A DNA stretch of 64,000 nt from Octopus sinensis (GCF_006345805.1 NC_043013.1:22692001-22756000); one strand, 5' to 3'; counted from the stretch's first letter, positions 13,086-27,978 are shown. Translations and numbers: made by a program. Notes: generated from the sequence alone by a model not told the origin.

Positions 13086-13445
13086 GCAAAAAGGAACAAA
13101 AACGCTGAACACACAATACTTTCAATAGAATAGAAAAATTTTAAAAAAACCACTACAAAGAGCTTCGTTCCGATGCTTAGTAAAAGTACGCAACGAAAAT
13201 AAGTCTATAGAAACGTTATTTATAAAGTTACACCAGAAGCTAGAAAAAAAAAAGTTTTACATCAAAGCAAAATATATGTAACATTTCGTACGACTCCGAA
13301 AAACGCTAAATGACAATGTCGGACACAGGCCAGGAACAGAGCGGTGCACGTGACGATGCGTAAGGAACTCGCATGAAACACATGGTAACGACAACAGCAG
13401 TAGAAAAGCACGACATCAACGAGACTACTACTACTACTACTACTA

Positions 13446-13530
<85 letters not shown>

Positions 13531-13552
13531 TAATAATAATAATAGAAAAATA

Positions 13553-13824
13553 ACTGTACAAAATGTTGGCACAAGACTAGCAAGTTGGCGGGGCATGTCG
13601 ATGCTAATAGTCCTTTCTACTGAAGGCACGAAGCCTGGTATTCGTGGGGAGGTGGATAGTCTGTCACATCGGTCCCCTTTACATGATTGGTTCTTAATTT
13701 ATCGATCCCGAAAGGATCAAAGGCAAAATTGACCTCGGCGGAATTTGAACTCAGAACGTAAAGACGGACGGAATACTGATAAGCATTTCGCCTGGCGTGC
13801 TAACAATTCTGCCTGCTCGCCGCT
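13553..13824 (-). mobile_element. SINE family A copy between trinucleotide repeats
   Basis: aatttatcgatcccgaaagg...gacctcggcggaatttgaactcagaacg...ctgcctgctcgccgc. Confidence 0.85.
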
Positions 13825-13825
<1 letters not shown>

Positions 13826-13890
<65 letters not shown>

Positions 13891-13924
13891 GTAGTAGTAG
13901 TAGTAGTAGTATAGTAGTAGTAGT

Positions 13925-13991
<67 letters not shown>
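13826..13991. repeat. Stepwise compound trinucleotide repeat (TAA)n-(TAG)n-(CAG)n-(TAG)n
   Basis: Read directly. Confidence 0.95.
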
Positions 13992-13992
<1 letters not shown>

Positions 13993-14390
13993 AAATAGAC
14001 TCCTATGTAGGTAATAGTGAAGAAAATTTATTAAAAGCTGCTAGAGTCACAGTAAGACAGGAAAACCATAAACCCAAACAAACTTATAAACCAGAAACAA
14101 AAAGAACAGAAATTATCTGACTAGCAGGAGAGGCGTTGAAGGGTAGATTCCCAAAGATAATTGCAACAAATAGTCGTAGTAAGACACGGTTATGGTTACA
14201 GAAAGGAAAGCTGAAGGAGACAAAAAAGTTTGTTAGTAGCTGCACAAGATCAAGCATAGAGGACTAATTGGATAAAAGCCAAGATAGACAAAAACATGTA
14301 GATTCCCAATGTAGATTATGCAAAGCAAAAGAGGAAAGCGTTACTCTTTATAGTAAGTGAATACCCATCATACCCAGTAATATAAGCTAT
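13992..14390 (+). mobile_element. R4/Dong-like LINE fragment (late RT to zinc knuckle)
   Basis: EIDSYVGNSEENLLKAA, WLQKGKLKE, AAQDQA.RTNW.KAKIDK...DSQCRLCKAKEESV motifs with frameshifts. Confidence 0.75.
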
Positions 14391-14402
14391 GAGCTTTAAT
14401 AT

Positions 14403-14436
14403 GATGACGACGACGACGACGACGATGATGATGATG

Positions 14437-14477
<41 letters not shown>

Positions 14478-14486
14478 TTGATGATG

Positions 14487-14566
<80 letters not shown>

Positions 14567-14588
14567 AAGAAGAAGAAGAAGAAGAAGA
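14403..14588. repeat. Stepwise compound trinucleotide repeat (GAC)n-(GAT)n-(AAT)n-(AAG)n
   Basis: Read directly. Confidence 0.95.
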
Positions 14589-14589
14589 A

Positions 14590-15316
14590 TTGCAGTACAA
14601 GACCAAAGCCTCCCCACCAGAAATTACCAAAAATATATAATGAAAAGAAATATAACAAGTAACTGCAGAATATGTGGAGATGGACAAGAAACAATAAATC
14701 ATATCTCTGGCTGCCCAGTCCTGGCTAAGAAGGAATATATTCACAGACACGACAGGGTTGGGACCTATATACACTGGAAGCTATGCCAACATTGTGGAAT
14801 AGCAACAGAAAAAGATGGTATAAGCACACGCCAGAAAAGGTCACAGAAAACGAGGAAGCAACCATACTCTGGGATGTGCCAATACACACAGATGGAAAAA
14901 TTAAGGCCAATAGGCCAGGTATAGTTGTTAGAGAACATGGAGGAAAAAAATGTTTTCAAATTGATGTATCAATACCAGCAGATGACAACGTGTCCCTAAA
15001 AGAAATAGAGAAGCTTTCGAAAGACCTGGAAATAGAGGTAATCGAATGTGGAATCTAAAAACAGAAACAATTCCTATCATAGTAGGCGCATTAGGTATGA
15101 AGAAAAAATATTCAGACAAATACATAACAAAAACACCAGGACTTACAAACACATATAACATACAGAAAATTGCACTACTAGGCACAGCCCACATCCTATG
15201 CAGAACACTTTCAATACAGTAACAATCAGAGCATCACAACAAATCACAGCACACACCCAAGGCACACAGAGCTGCGCTCGATAGTGAAGTGAAAGCAGGT
15301 TATAAAAATAAAACTA

Positions 15317-15330
<14 letters not shown>
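14590..15330 (+). mobile_element. 5'-truncated R4/Dong-like LINE (CCHC plus PD-D-K endonuclease, 3' UTR, (AAT)n tail)
   Basis: AVQDQSLPTRNY...CRICGDGQETINHISGC...RHDRVGTYIHWKLC; WYKHTPEKV...ILWDVPIHTD...NRPGIV...QIDVSIPADDNV..KEIEKLSK; TIPIIVGALG...IQKIALLGTAHIL; ends aaaactactg(aat)n. Confidence 0.9.
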
Positions 15331-15402
<72 letters not shown>

Positions 15403-15429
15403 TGATGATGATGATGATAATAATAATAA

Positions 15430-15813
15430 TGGCTGTGTGGTAAGTAGCTTGCTAACCAGCCACATGGTTCCAGGTTCAGTCCCACTGCGTGGCATCTTGG
15501 GCGAGTGTCTTCTGCTATAGCCCCGGGCCGACCAACGCCTTGTGAATGGATTTGGTAGACGGAAACTGAAAGAAGCCTGTCGTATATATATATATATATG
15601 TGTGTATGTGTGTGTGTGTGTGTTTGTCCCCCTAGCATTGCTTGACAACCAATGCTGGTGTGTTTACGTCCCCGTCACTTAGCGGTTCGGCAAAAAGAGA
15701 CCGATAGAATAAGTACTGGGCTTACAAAGAATAAGTCCCGGGGTCGATTTGCTCGACTAAAGGCGGTGCTCCAGCATGGCCGCAGTCAAATGACTGAAAC
15801 AAGTAAAAGAGTA
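15430..15813 (+). mobile_element. Near full-length SINE family B with internal (TA)/(TG) repeat
   Basis: tRNA-like head ggctgtgtggtaagtagcttgct...ggttcagtccc, CORE-like gcatcttgggcgagtgtcttc, 3' end gcagtcaaatgactgaaacaagtaaaagag. Confidence 0.9.
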
Positions 15814-16746
15814 ATAATTATAATAATAATAACGGTTTGTTTATTAGCTGTAAGGGCTACATAGTCAATAAGCGAAAGCAGAATATTTAGGGATGTGTAT
15901 AAATCCGGTTTGTATTTAACGCATGATCTAAATCGTAGTTTATAGATATATAATAAAATAATTTTTTGAATAAAGGCTATAAAACAATAAAGTAAGAGTT
16001 TGAAACCATTGACAGGATGTGAAGATCTGCATGGAACGGTATTAGAAATGCGAGACTGTATGGAATCTTGCTGGGAAACTCCGAAATGACGCAGGTATGG
16101 AATGATGTGTAATCACTGTTTATTATTTGTTCAACTGAAATGATAAACAATCCTTTCTGCAAAGCTGTGTGCAGATTTCCTATAAATCTGGAGATAATTA
16201 AATTCTGGGATATAGAACAGAATACAAAGGTGTGAATATGTTGTCAGGGTGTTTGTTAATCATGATATTTGTATGTAGGTGTGATTTATGTGCGCTATTC
16301 TGAGTTCGCAGGCGTGACTGAGTGAGCAGTAGATACGATACGAGGTTTGCTCTGCGACTTCTCCAGATTCAATCTTTGAGAAAGTGTCATTTACTTTTAG
16401 CCTCAGGGCCGTCCAAGCATTGCAAGTGAAACTGGAAACTGTATGGAAGCCTGATGAATGGGCCACGCTTCTAATTGAAGTTGCCGGTCTTGCCACATTA
16501 TGCTGATTATGTCTGAGAATTACATTAAAGGTCAAAGCGAGATACTCAGCTACTTATACGATAATACACTACGTGGTCCAGTTGGTTGAAGAATTGGAAC
16601 AATCAACGCCGAAACCGTCGAAGGATCCATTTTCTTATTGTAAGAATATTGTAGCCGATGTTTGACCGAATCTGACAATTTTACCAATACCAATAACAAC
16701 AACAAAAACAACAACAACGATGAAGATGATGATGATGATGATGATG

Positions 16747-16804
<58 letters not shown>

Positions 16805-17440
16805 TAATAATAACAATGATAAGAGTGCCAGCCTTGACAGCAGCTGGACATCTTCTTCGCTGGTCTGACCAGTCAGCAAACGAGGACACCGGAACACACT
16901 AATACAACCCAGCAGGACAACTGAAAAATAACTCTCAAAGAATGGAATAACTACAATTTCCTCTCAGTATTTTAAATTCCTCTTACAATAAGTTACGAAA
17001 CTTACATATCTACAGTTTTTGAACACACAAACGATCAGCTTTTATAACTTTAATATCTACAATTTCTGTGAATACCTATCCTTTCTTTCCCCACTGAGTA
17101 TTCGAAAATGTAAACATCCTTTTTATTGCAAAAACACTACAGTCTTCTCTGATCAAACATACAAACGAACATCTCTAGAAAATCTAAAAGTTTTAAGATC
17201 TACAATTTTGTGTGAAAATTTCATCTTTCTTTTCTCCCTCACTACCCGAATATGTAAACATGCCTTTTATTGCAACAACACAATTAAATGCACGATAAAA
17301 ATATTAAGGAGGTAAGCACCTGTCAATATATACAAACTGCACAATTACAAAAACTATAAACCACAGCAAAACTTTTAAGAAGAAACGAAAAAAAAAAAAA
17401 AAAAATTCAGATATTCAAAACTTCAACGAGGTGAACACCA

Positions 17441-17517
<77 letters not shown>

Positions 17518-17598
17518 TTTTTCTATCAGTGATTAAAAATAAAACATTAAGCTATGGGTTTTAATATGATGATGATGATGATGATGATAATGATGATG

Positions 17599-17673
<75 letters not shown>

Positions 17674-17676
<3 letters not shown>

Positions 17677-18620
17677 ATTAGATGTACTAGAAACAAGCAC
17701 AGAAAAAGCTAAGCCTATGGAAGCCCGTGCTAAAACAGCTTCCTTAGATATTCTTACTGATAAATGGCACGAAAAACCTCTCAATGGCAAATACCCAAAG
17801 AGAGCGAATAATGCAGATGTTGACAAAGCCCTGACCCATCAATAGTTAGTGGCGTCTGGTTTAAAATCAGAAACAGAAGGGTATATCATAGCAGCCCAAG
17901 ATCAATGGCTACCTACAAGAAACTACCAAGCTAATATATTAAAGAACGGCAGCTGTTCAACATGTCGTGTATGTCAACAACAAAATGAAACCATTGATCA
18001 TGTTTCCTCCATGTGCAGTCTTCTTGTGCCTACGGAGTATCCGAACAGGCATGATAGAGCAGCACAATATATTCACTGGGTAATTTACAAAAATCCGGAC
18101 CTGCCTCATGATAAAAACTGATGGGAACACAAACTACCTCCAGTGCTTGAAAATGATCACATCTCACTGCTCAGAAATTTCACCATTCAAAATGACAGAA
18201 ATAGCCCCAGTCATTATATTGAACGAATTTAGGTAAAAATCATGCCTCCTCTTTGATATGACTGTCCCAATCGATAAAAAACTGAGCAAGTATAAAGATC
18301 TTGAAATAGAAATTGGCAAAATGTGGAACCTCAAGACTAAAACAATACCTGTTGTCATAGGTGCCCTAGGAATGATAGCAAAAAGGGCTGATTGCTACCT
18401 AGCTCAGATACCAGGAAACCCTAAAATGGCAGAAATTCAAAAGACAGTGCTCTTGGGAACTGCCCATATCCTACGTAATATATTGTTTATGTACTCTCAA
18501 ATTTTAAAACAAACACATAATTTTCTTGTTTTCTTAAACATTGTCTAGAACAATACTTTGTGCAAAACCAAATACATGAGACCCTCGGCATAACACCAGC
18601 ATGAACTTCTAACTTAATAA
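17674..18620 (+). mobile_element. 5'-truncated R4/Dong-like LINE flanked by (TAA)n on both sides
   Basis: KWHEKPLNGKYP, SGLKSETEGYIIAAQDQWLPTRNY, CRVC...ETIDHV..C, RHDRAAQYIHW, KYKDLEIEIGKMWNLKTKTIPVVIGALG, IQKTVLLGTAHILR. Confidence 0.9.
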
Positions 18621-18634
18621 TAATAATAGCAAAC

Positions 18635-20050
<1,416 letters not shown>

Positions 20051-20624
20051 AAGACGCATGCAAAATAACTACAATGCGATTCTTATTCTCTGACTTCGAC
20101 TACCATGACGAAGAGGAGGATCCTCTTCCTCCTTCTCCTCACCATCATCACCACCACCACCACCATGATCATCATGATCATGAACATGATGAGGATGATG
20201 ATGGACATCATCATTATTATCATCATCATCATCATCATTCTCCTCGTTGTCGTTTACGCCGTTGTTAGCTGCGGCGTTGGCGGTGGAGGCGTCGTACCAA
20301 TAACTTGTTTGTTTTATGGAGCCGCTATTGTTACAGAAATCTTAAGTGTTCAATGGACTACACAACACTAAGAAAGAAAAAGGGAGAAGAAAAGAGAACT
20401 TCTGTAGAAAAGACAGGTGGAACGATAAGAGAAATCAGAGAAAACTGATCTGAATTATTTTAAATGAATTTGGTGAAAGAAATTAAAACCACGGCCTAAC
20501 AAAAGAAAATGTAAATGAAGGACTAAAGTTGTTTAGAATTGAATAGGAAACACAAAAGATAAGAGTGAAAATGAAAGTGAAAGTAGAAACAGATTGTTAG
20601 CAACAATTGATGAAGCAGTATTCT

Positions 20625-20757
20625 TTTCTAGGCACAAGGCCTGAAATTTGCGGGGAGGGAGCCAGTCGATTAGATACGCAACTGGTACTTAATTTATCGA
20701 CCCCGAAAAGATGAAAGGCAAAGTCAACTTCGGCGGAATTTGAACTCAGAACGTATT
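20625..20757 (-). mobile_element. SINE family A partial copy
   Basis: ggtacttaatttatcgaccccgaaaagatgaaaggcaaagtcaacttcggcggaatttgaactcagaacgt. Confidence 0.85.
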
Positions 20758-21134
20758 TGATGAAGCAATATTCTTTAAGCGGTGAATTTCGAAATAACGT
20801 AGGAGCGTTTTAGCTATGAATGAATTGTTCTTCCAGCTTTGCAAGAATTGAAATGCAAGATGTCGGCGAAGGAAAGTAATTCCGATGAAACGTTTAAAGT
20901 AGCAATAGGAACATCAAAGGGAATTATGATTCCATGCATGAGCTGAAGGGAATTAAAAGTAAATTTTAACACAAGGAAATCAATTTCGCAAAACAAAAAC
21001 AAAAGTCGGAAGTTCCGAGCCAAAATATATTTCAAGATTTCTGGTTTAAAATTCCTCAACGAATAGATTTGGTGACAAATATTTCTTTCAGTGATTACGT
21101 TTCAAATATCGTATTTATTTCAACATCGGTCCCA

Positions 21135-21290
21135 ATGCTCAGCTGGTACTTATTTTATCGACCCCGAAAGTATGAAAAGCAAAGTCAACCTTGATGGAAT
21201 TTGAACTCAGAACATAAAGACACACGAAATGCTGCTAAGTACTTTTGCCCGGTGCAGTTACGATTCGGCCAGCACGTCGTCCTCGAACTT
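21135..21290 (-). mobile_element. SINE family A partial copy
   Basis: ggtacttattttatcgaccccgaaag...gaatttgaactcagaac...gctaagt...gattcggccagc. Confidence 0.8.
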
Positions 21291-22042
21291 CGCTCTCTGT
21301 TAAATAACCAATCAATTGTTTTTCTTTTAAAATGACTGTGATCAAATGAAGGTATAGCTGTTGTTTCTACTTGGTAGAGCAATCAAGTGTGAGGTATTTC
21401 TGTTTGATCATATAATCTGTAATTGTTATTTTAGTACCATGTCATCTCGAATCAATTTTATTTATTATCAAAGCGTTCCAGCCATGACTATCATGTGTTA
21501 TTTTCAGATAGTGCGTTATGTCTTTTATAACTGTACAGCGTCATTGTGAGGAAGAAACGCTGTTGCTATTTCTAGCAGGTTTTACAGCCCTTTTGAGGCG
21601 GTTTTGTTACTGTTAGAGTGCTATCCATCGTGTCAGGCTTTGTTATTTGGGAAACGTCACAATGCAATCATATAGTAATGTTGTCTTTTGTTTTTCCCCC
21701 TCCGGGGTCAAACCAAAAGGAGCAGCTGGCAACAGCGAATTATTCGTTCATTTGCGTAGGAGTGAGGTGAAGGCAATAAAAGTGCTTGATTGAAACTTGA
21801 CAATGTATGTTCAGGTGAACACATGGCTTTGTGTGTGTGTGTGGGTGGGGTGGGGGAGAGGGATGTGGAGAGAAGAGAAAATATAAATGCAAAACTAATT
21901 TATGTTCTTTTAAAATTCATTTTAATTAAAATCACCATTATTGTCATTGGAAACACCATAAAATTTAATCGTTATTGATAAGTTTCCAGTTTAAAATATG
22001 CAATTGAATAACTGACAAGAAATTAAACAATTCTGCAAATAA

Positions 22043-22077
<35 letters not shown>

Positions 22078-22278
22078 TGTATGTATGTATGTATGTATGT
22101 ATGTATGTAGGTGGTTGGTAGGTAGGTAGGTAGGTAGGTAGGTAGGTAAGTAGTATGATTATGTATATGTATGTATGCATGCATATGTATCTTTCTCTAA
22201 GTATCTGTGTATCAACCTATCAGTCTCTCTCCCTCACTCCCTCTCTCTCTATATATACACCCACACATATATTACACG

Positions 22279-22309
<31 letters not shown>

Positions 22310-22487
22310 TATATATATTATATATATATATATTATATATATATGTCCATATATATATATATAAACACACATACATATGTGTGTGTATACATATATATAC
22401 ATACATATAGTATTTTATTGCTCAGGGTTTCACATAACCAATCATTAAACAGCTGTAAGTTTTTTAATCAATATAAGGATTTATATT

Positions 22488-22800
22488 GGAGGCACATGGC
22501 CTACTGTTTAGAGCAGCAGACTCGCGGTTAAAGGATCGCGGGTTCGAATCTCAGACCGGGCGATGTGTGTGTTTATGAGTGAAACGTTCTAAGCTCCACA
22601 CGGCTCCAGCAGAAGGCAATGGCGAGTTTCTGCTGACTATGTCGCCACAACAACTTTCTCTCACTCTTGCCTCCTGCATTTAGCAGTTCAGCTGAGACGG
22701 ACCGATGTCCCGTCCAGGTGAGGAACCTATTCGCCAATGAAACCAAGAAACCGGTTCGTATGAGCGAGGTATGGCTCGAGAAGGAACAAACAACAACAGC
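22488..22800 (+). mobile_element. tRNA-derived SINE (family D)
   Basis: A box tggcctactgtttag and B box ggttcgaatctc, 3' region cgatgtcccgtccagg...gaaaccgg, (AAC)n tail. Confidence 0.7.
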
Positions 22801-23608
22801 AATGATTTATAAAGCATCACCTTGCGGAAATAACTCACGACTCTTTGATGATCGCTGACGTGAAACTCCGAGCAACGGTTTATGCTGTCTTTTCAGCTTC
22901 AACAAATAAACCGGTTTTCGCTACTTTCGCTATTCGAGAGTGCTACGTTCTCCACCGTGTTTTTTGCACCGATGTTGCTCGAATGCAAATGAGTGCACAT
23001 GTGTGAGTGTGTGTGTGTGTGGGCGTGCATGCACGCGCGCACGCGTGTCTGTGCTATAAGTACTATTAAGAAATGTTTGAATAGATGTGTGAATGTTTCT
23101 ATGATGCTCAAGAAAATGATACTTGGCGGAAGGGTAATGATGGTGGTGGTGATAATGATGATGATGATGAGGAGGAGGAGGAGGAGGAGGAGGATGTTGA
23201 TGGTGATTCCCCTCTTTGTTCAAGGTTTATGATAAGAAATTCTGACCGACATACACACACACATACACACATACATATACGTACATATATTTTTTATTCA
23301 ATGAATACAATATACTATTCGTTTCCTGTTATGAAAGACTCTTAACACGTCAGGTACTTTATCGCAATCTTCAGGCAATGCTCACGTGGCATAACAAGCT
23401 TGTTATGCCATCCGAGCATTGCCTGATGATTGCGATAAGGCACCAGACGTGTTCAAAAATACTCCTTGAGATGCTTTTATCGCATGAAACTAATAGTAGC
23501 ACATAAAAAATTATATAATGTGTTTATTAAATACTATTATCTCTCACCAGATGGTATATCTTTTTCTGTTGATCTTATTACCACGGAACAGTACCATATA
23601 TATATATA

Positions 23609-23934
23609 TGAAGGCGCGTGGCTTAGTGGTTAAGGGCATTCGGATCATGATCGTAAGGTCGTGAGTTCAATTCCAGGCGGCGCGTTGTGTCCTTGAGCAA
23701 GAGACTTTATTTCACGTTGCTCCATTCCATTTCAGCTGGCAAAAATGAGTGGTACCTGCATTTCTAAGGGTCAGCTTTGTCACAAAATATGTCACGCTGA
23801 ATCTTCCCGAGAACTACGTTAATGGTACCCGTATCTGTGGAGTGCTCAGCCACTTGCACGCTAATTTCACGAGCAAGCTGTTCCGCTGATCGTATCAGCT
23901 GGAACCCTCGTCATCGCAACCGACGGAGTGCTCC
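23609..23934 (+). mobile_element. Full-length SINE family C inserted in (AT)n
   Basis: Reverse complement of the 1219-1537 family; flanked by ccatatatatatata on both sides. Confidence 0.9.
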
Positions 23935-24499
23935 ATATATATATATATAAATTACATGCAATTTCACGTGTGATGACGTGAGGTACATACATCTCGTGTT
24001 CTAGTTGAATTGCTGCCTAAACCCCGACTGGAACTGCAACTCAAAATGCATGGCTGTTATCGCTGCCTAATGAAGGTTGACTACAGGCAGATTTTCAGTC
24101 GAGCTGGTACATGTATAATAAAATCAATGTAGAGACAAGCAGGCAGCAGGTATCTGGTCAGATCATGGCGTTTATATATTTATACGTTGCTATAACTTGA
24201 GAGTAGAAAGGAATGTTAGAAAAGAGTGTGGATTACAAACGATCAATAATTACACGAAACTTGTCTTTTTATAAAAAAGGAAGTATTTTCTGAATTTAAT
24301 CTGTTTCTTGATGTTTATATTTATAATAACCTCTGTGCAATTATTGATCTCTTGTCATCCGAACCCTTTTCTAACATTCATTTCTATCCTCAAGTTGTGT
24401 AAGTATATAAATGTATAAATGTTACAATCTGAGGAGATACCCGTTGCTTACCTGTCTATACGTTTATTCTGTTCTATACAATTGTATATGTATGTATTT

Positions 24500-24524
24500 A
24501 TATATATATAATATATCTATATAT

Positions 24525-24565
<41 letters not shown>

Positions 24566-24598
24566 TTATTCATATATATATATTTATTTATATATATA

Positions 24599-24643
<45 letters not shown>

Positions 24644-24660
24644 TACATATATCTATATAC

Positions 24661-24692
<32 letters not shown>

Positions 24693-24770
24693 CTATATAT
24701 ATATGTATGTATATATATCCATATATATATATATGTATACATACATACACACATATCTATATATCCACAC
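24500..24770. repeat. Imperfect (TA)n array
   Basis: Read directly; similar arrays at 10379-10585, 27650-28030, 31750-31940, 39575-39750, 40896-41125, 49136-49235, 54085-54365, 59866-59945 and 61860-62000. Confidence 0.95.
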
Positions 24771-25117
24771 ACACTCTTACGTATGCGTGTATATAACATG
24801 TAATTGAGTTAATGAATGGTTCAACATTAAGTTGGTCAATAGTGTTCATTTGTTTTATCAAATTTACTTTGTAATTTGTGCGTTCAAATGCATGTATCTG
24901 AGTAATTTTGTGCGCTCCTGCTTACGTAAGTGTACGGCACAGAACAGGATTCATGGATAAATACACAAGAGCGTATAAAGTAGCAGAAACGTTACAACTT
25001 GTAAATTAATTGTAAATAAAGGAAAAGGAACCTGGAAATAGAGAAACCTCGAAAAAAATCAATAAAAAAACGTGCACAAACATACAAAACACATACACAA
25101 AGATAGATAAATAGATG

Positions 25118-25214
<97 letters not shown>

Positions 25215-25648
25215 AATAAAACGGCAATCGTATATAAGCACGGCAAACGTTGCTGTTCCTAAATGTCTCTACAGAGCTGCGTACAATAAGAGAAACGACA
25301 AGGAACATGTGAGTATATTTGTGTTTATTTACCATTGTTTCAGTCTATCGCGCTCGTCAGAAAGATTACGTCTGTTAAAGTGATGGCGCTTCATAGAAAA
25401 CTTGTCGCTTAACTGAGCTAATAGGTGTAGGGTTGACTTCGTTAGCATACCATCAAAGGAAGCAGAGTTACATGCTAATGAAGCAAAAACTAATTCTACA
25501 CACATTTACACACGTTCGCATATATACACACAGACACAGGCTCACACGCACATATATGTATTATAAATCATCCTTATATAGCCACACCCGTTCAAATGCG
25601 TATAAACACACACATAGGCACACACATACACACGCACACATGTATATA

Positions 25649-25910
25649 CAGTAATGCCTCGATATACGAATTGATTTGTTTTCGGAGACCTTTGTAAAGC
25701 GAAAACTCGTAAAGCAGAGCGATAATTTACCATTGTAGCAATGTTATAAATCGTAATTCGTTCCCAGAAAAACAGTTTATCAATAAAATGTGTAATACTT
25801 GTAAATAAATGGCAATAAAACAACAGAAGAATGTAATGAATATTTTATGAAAAATAAAAAGAACATGAAGATCATTTATAATAAAAGAAATATTATTATT
25901 ATTATTATTA

Positions 25911-25953
<43 letters not shown>

Positions 25954-26289
25954 TTATTATTATTATTATCATTATTATTATTATCACTTTCTGAATCACG
26001 TTCACTCGCACTAGACTCGCGCCCACCATCACTTGTAGACGTGATCGCCGATTCACAAGCACTCGTAGGCGGACTTGTAGATTTCTTTTTAAAAAATAAG
26101 TCAAGAGCTCTTTGCTTAGTAGAAGCTTTTTTTTCCGCTCTCTATAAATTTCTCAGTAACATGCAAAAGCATTCCTTATGGTAGTAGAAACTTTGCACCT
26201 TGTTCCAAATTTGGATCTTGTCCTTGAAAAATAAAACTCGTAAACCCGGAGGTTCGTAAAGCGGGACCTCGTAAAGTGAGGTATCACTG
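25649..26289. mobile_element. Non-autonomous pogo/Tigger-type DNA transposon (MITE-like), TA-flanked
   Basis: TA|cagtaatgcctcgatatacga ... tcgtaaagtgaggtatcactg|TA; terminal inverted repeats match at 16/21 positions. Confidence 0.8.
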
Positions 26290-26629
26290 TATGTGTAGTC
26301 GTGTGGATTCGTTATTTTTTTCTTTTTGCCTACGTATAAAAAGAAGTGTGTTACTGTCTGGGAGATCTTTATGGTAGTAGAAAAGGCATTTTAACTCCTA
26401 TTTCTAAATTCGGTGCGTGGCGAAGCAATTAGCTGACCCCTTATTATATTAATGTTTATTATTAAGAATATTTATATATATATATATATATATATATAGT
26501 ATATATATATATTATATATAGATTAATATATATATATATATATATATATAGTATTTATACATGTATACACCACACATAAACCACACCATACATATATATA
26601 TATAAAGCCAGTCGCCAGAACAAAATGGC

Positions 26630-27017
26630 AATTGGATGTTACTATTAGTTTAACCCCAGGCAGATTATCCACCAGCTGGTTATCGGTGCAACGCACTGCA
26701 CCCTCTATCGCTTCTTGAAATTTTATAACTAGCTATCTTGCTTGTTGCAAATTACTGACCGATGGTCACTTTCTTTCTGATATGTCGTTAGCGCTAGCAG
26801 ATCTTAGCTATCCCTTCAGTGCGCAGGTGCTCGCGACTGATAATGAGCCAAATAGCTCCAAACTGAAACAGTCTCGCGATCCTGTTAGCTGCCGGAGGGT
26901 AGTAGGGGTCGCTCCTCCAACTAACGATATATTGTATAAAACAGAGTGCAGAGCGTTGCGTCGATAACCAGCTGGCGGATAATCTACCTGGGGTTAAACT
27001 AGTAGCAACATTCAACT
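26630..27017. mobile_element. MITE-like element with about 75-bp terminal inverted repeats
   Basis: attggatgttactattagtttaaccccaggcagattatccaccagctggttatcggtgcaacgcactgcac mirrors gtgcagagcgttgcgtcgataaccagctggcggataatctacctggggttaaactagtagcaacattcaact. Confidence 0.8.
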
Positions 27018-27223
27018 GGCACTTTGAAAGAGACAAATTGAAAACAATACAAGCAACATCAAGAACGACCCTTCATCAGTTGTTGGCTGTTTTTCTAGTC
27101 CCGTATTTCAAACATTAACAATTTCCATTTGTGTCTTTCGTTGTTCGAAAGAATATTTCATGCTCCCTGTACTCGTGCTTCGTACTTTTTTGTTGTACAC
27201 GTTTCCTGACGTCCTGTGTGTAA

Positions 27224-27300
<77 letters not shown>

Positions 27301-27645
27301 CATATATATATGCACACTCATACACACGCGCACACACAAAGTGGCGACAGGAAAATTTAGGACATGAGGTGTAAAGATTGAGTTCGAATTTCTACAAAAT
27401 CCAAATTTATCCTCTCTACATCTAAATACACCCCAGCAAAGCGCAACAACGCATTAGTAGTAGAGATATACGATTTCACTTAATATAACTTAAAATCAAA
27501 TGATATAACTCAGAACTACATGATATAGATATCACTGAAAAGTTTAGCATAAATGCTTTCTGGAAGCAGTTTCTTACCAATTAAGTGTTAATTATCTTGA
27601 AGCTTGGAATAATAAATATATTAAATGCAAGTTAAATCCATTAAG

Positions 27646-27717
<72 letters not shown>

Positions 27718-27889
27718 CACAAACATATATATACATACATATATATAATTTTATATATATGTATACATACACAAACATATATATACACACACATATATAA
27801 TTATATATATATGTATATTGTATATATATATATATGATATGATATATATATGTATGTATTTATGTATGATGTATGTATGTATGTATGTA

Positions 27890-27931
<42 letters not shown>

Positions 27932-27935
27932 ATAT

Positions 27936-27978
<43 letters not shown>

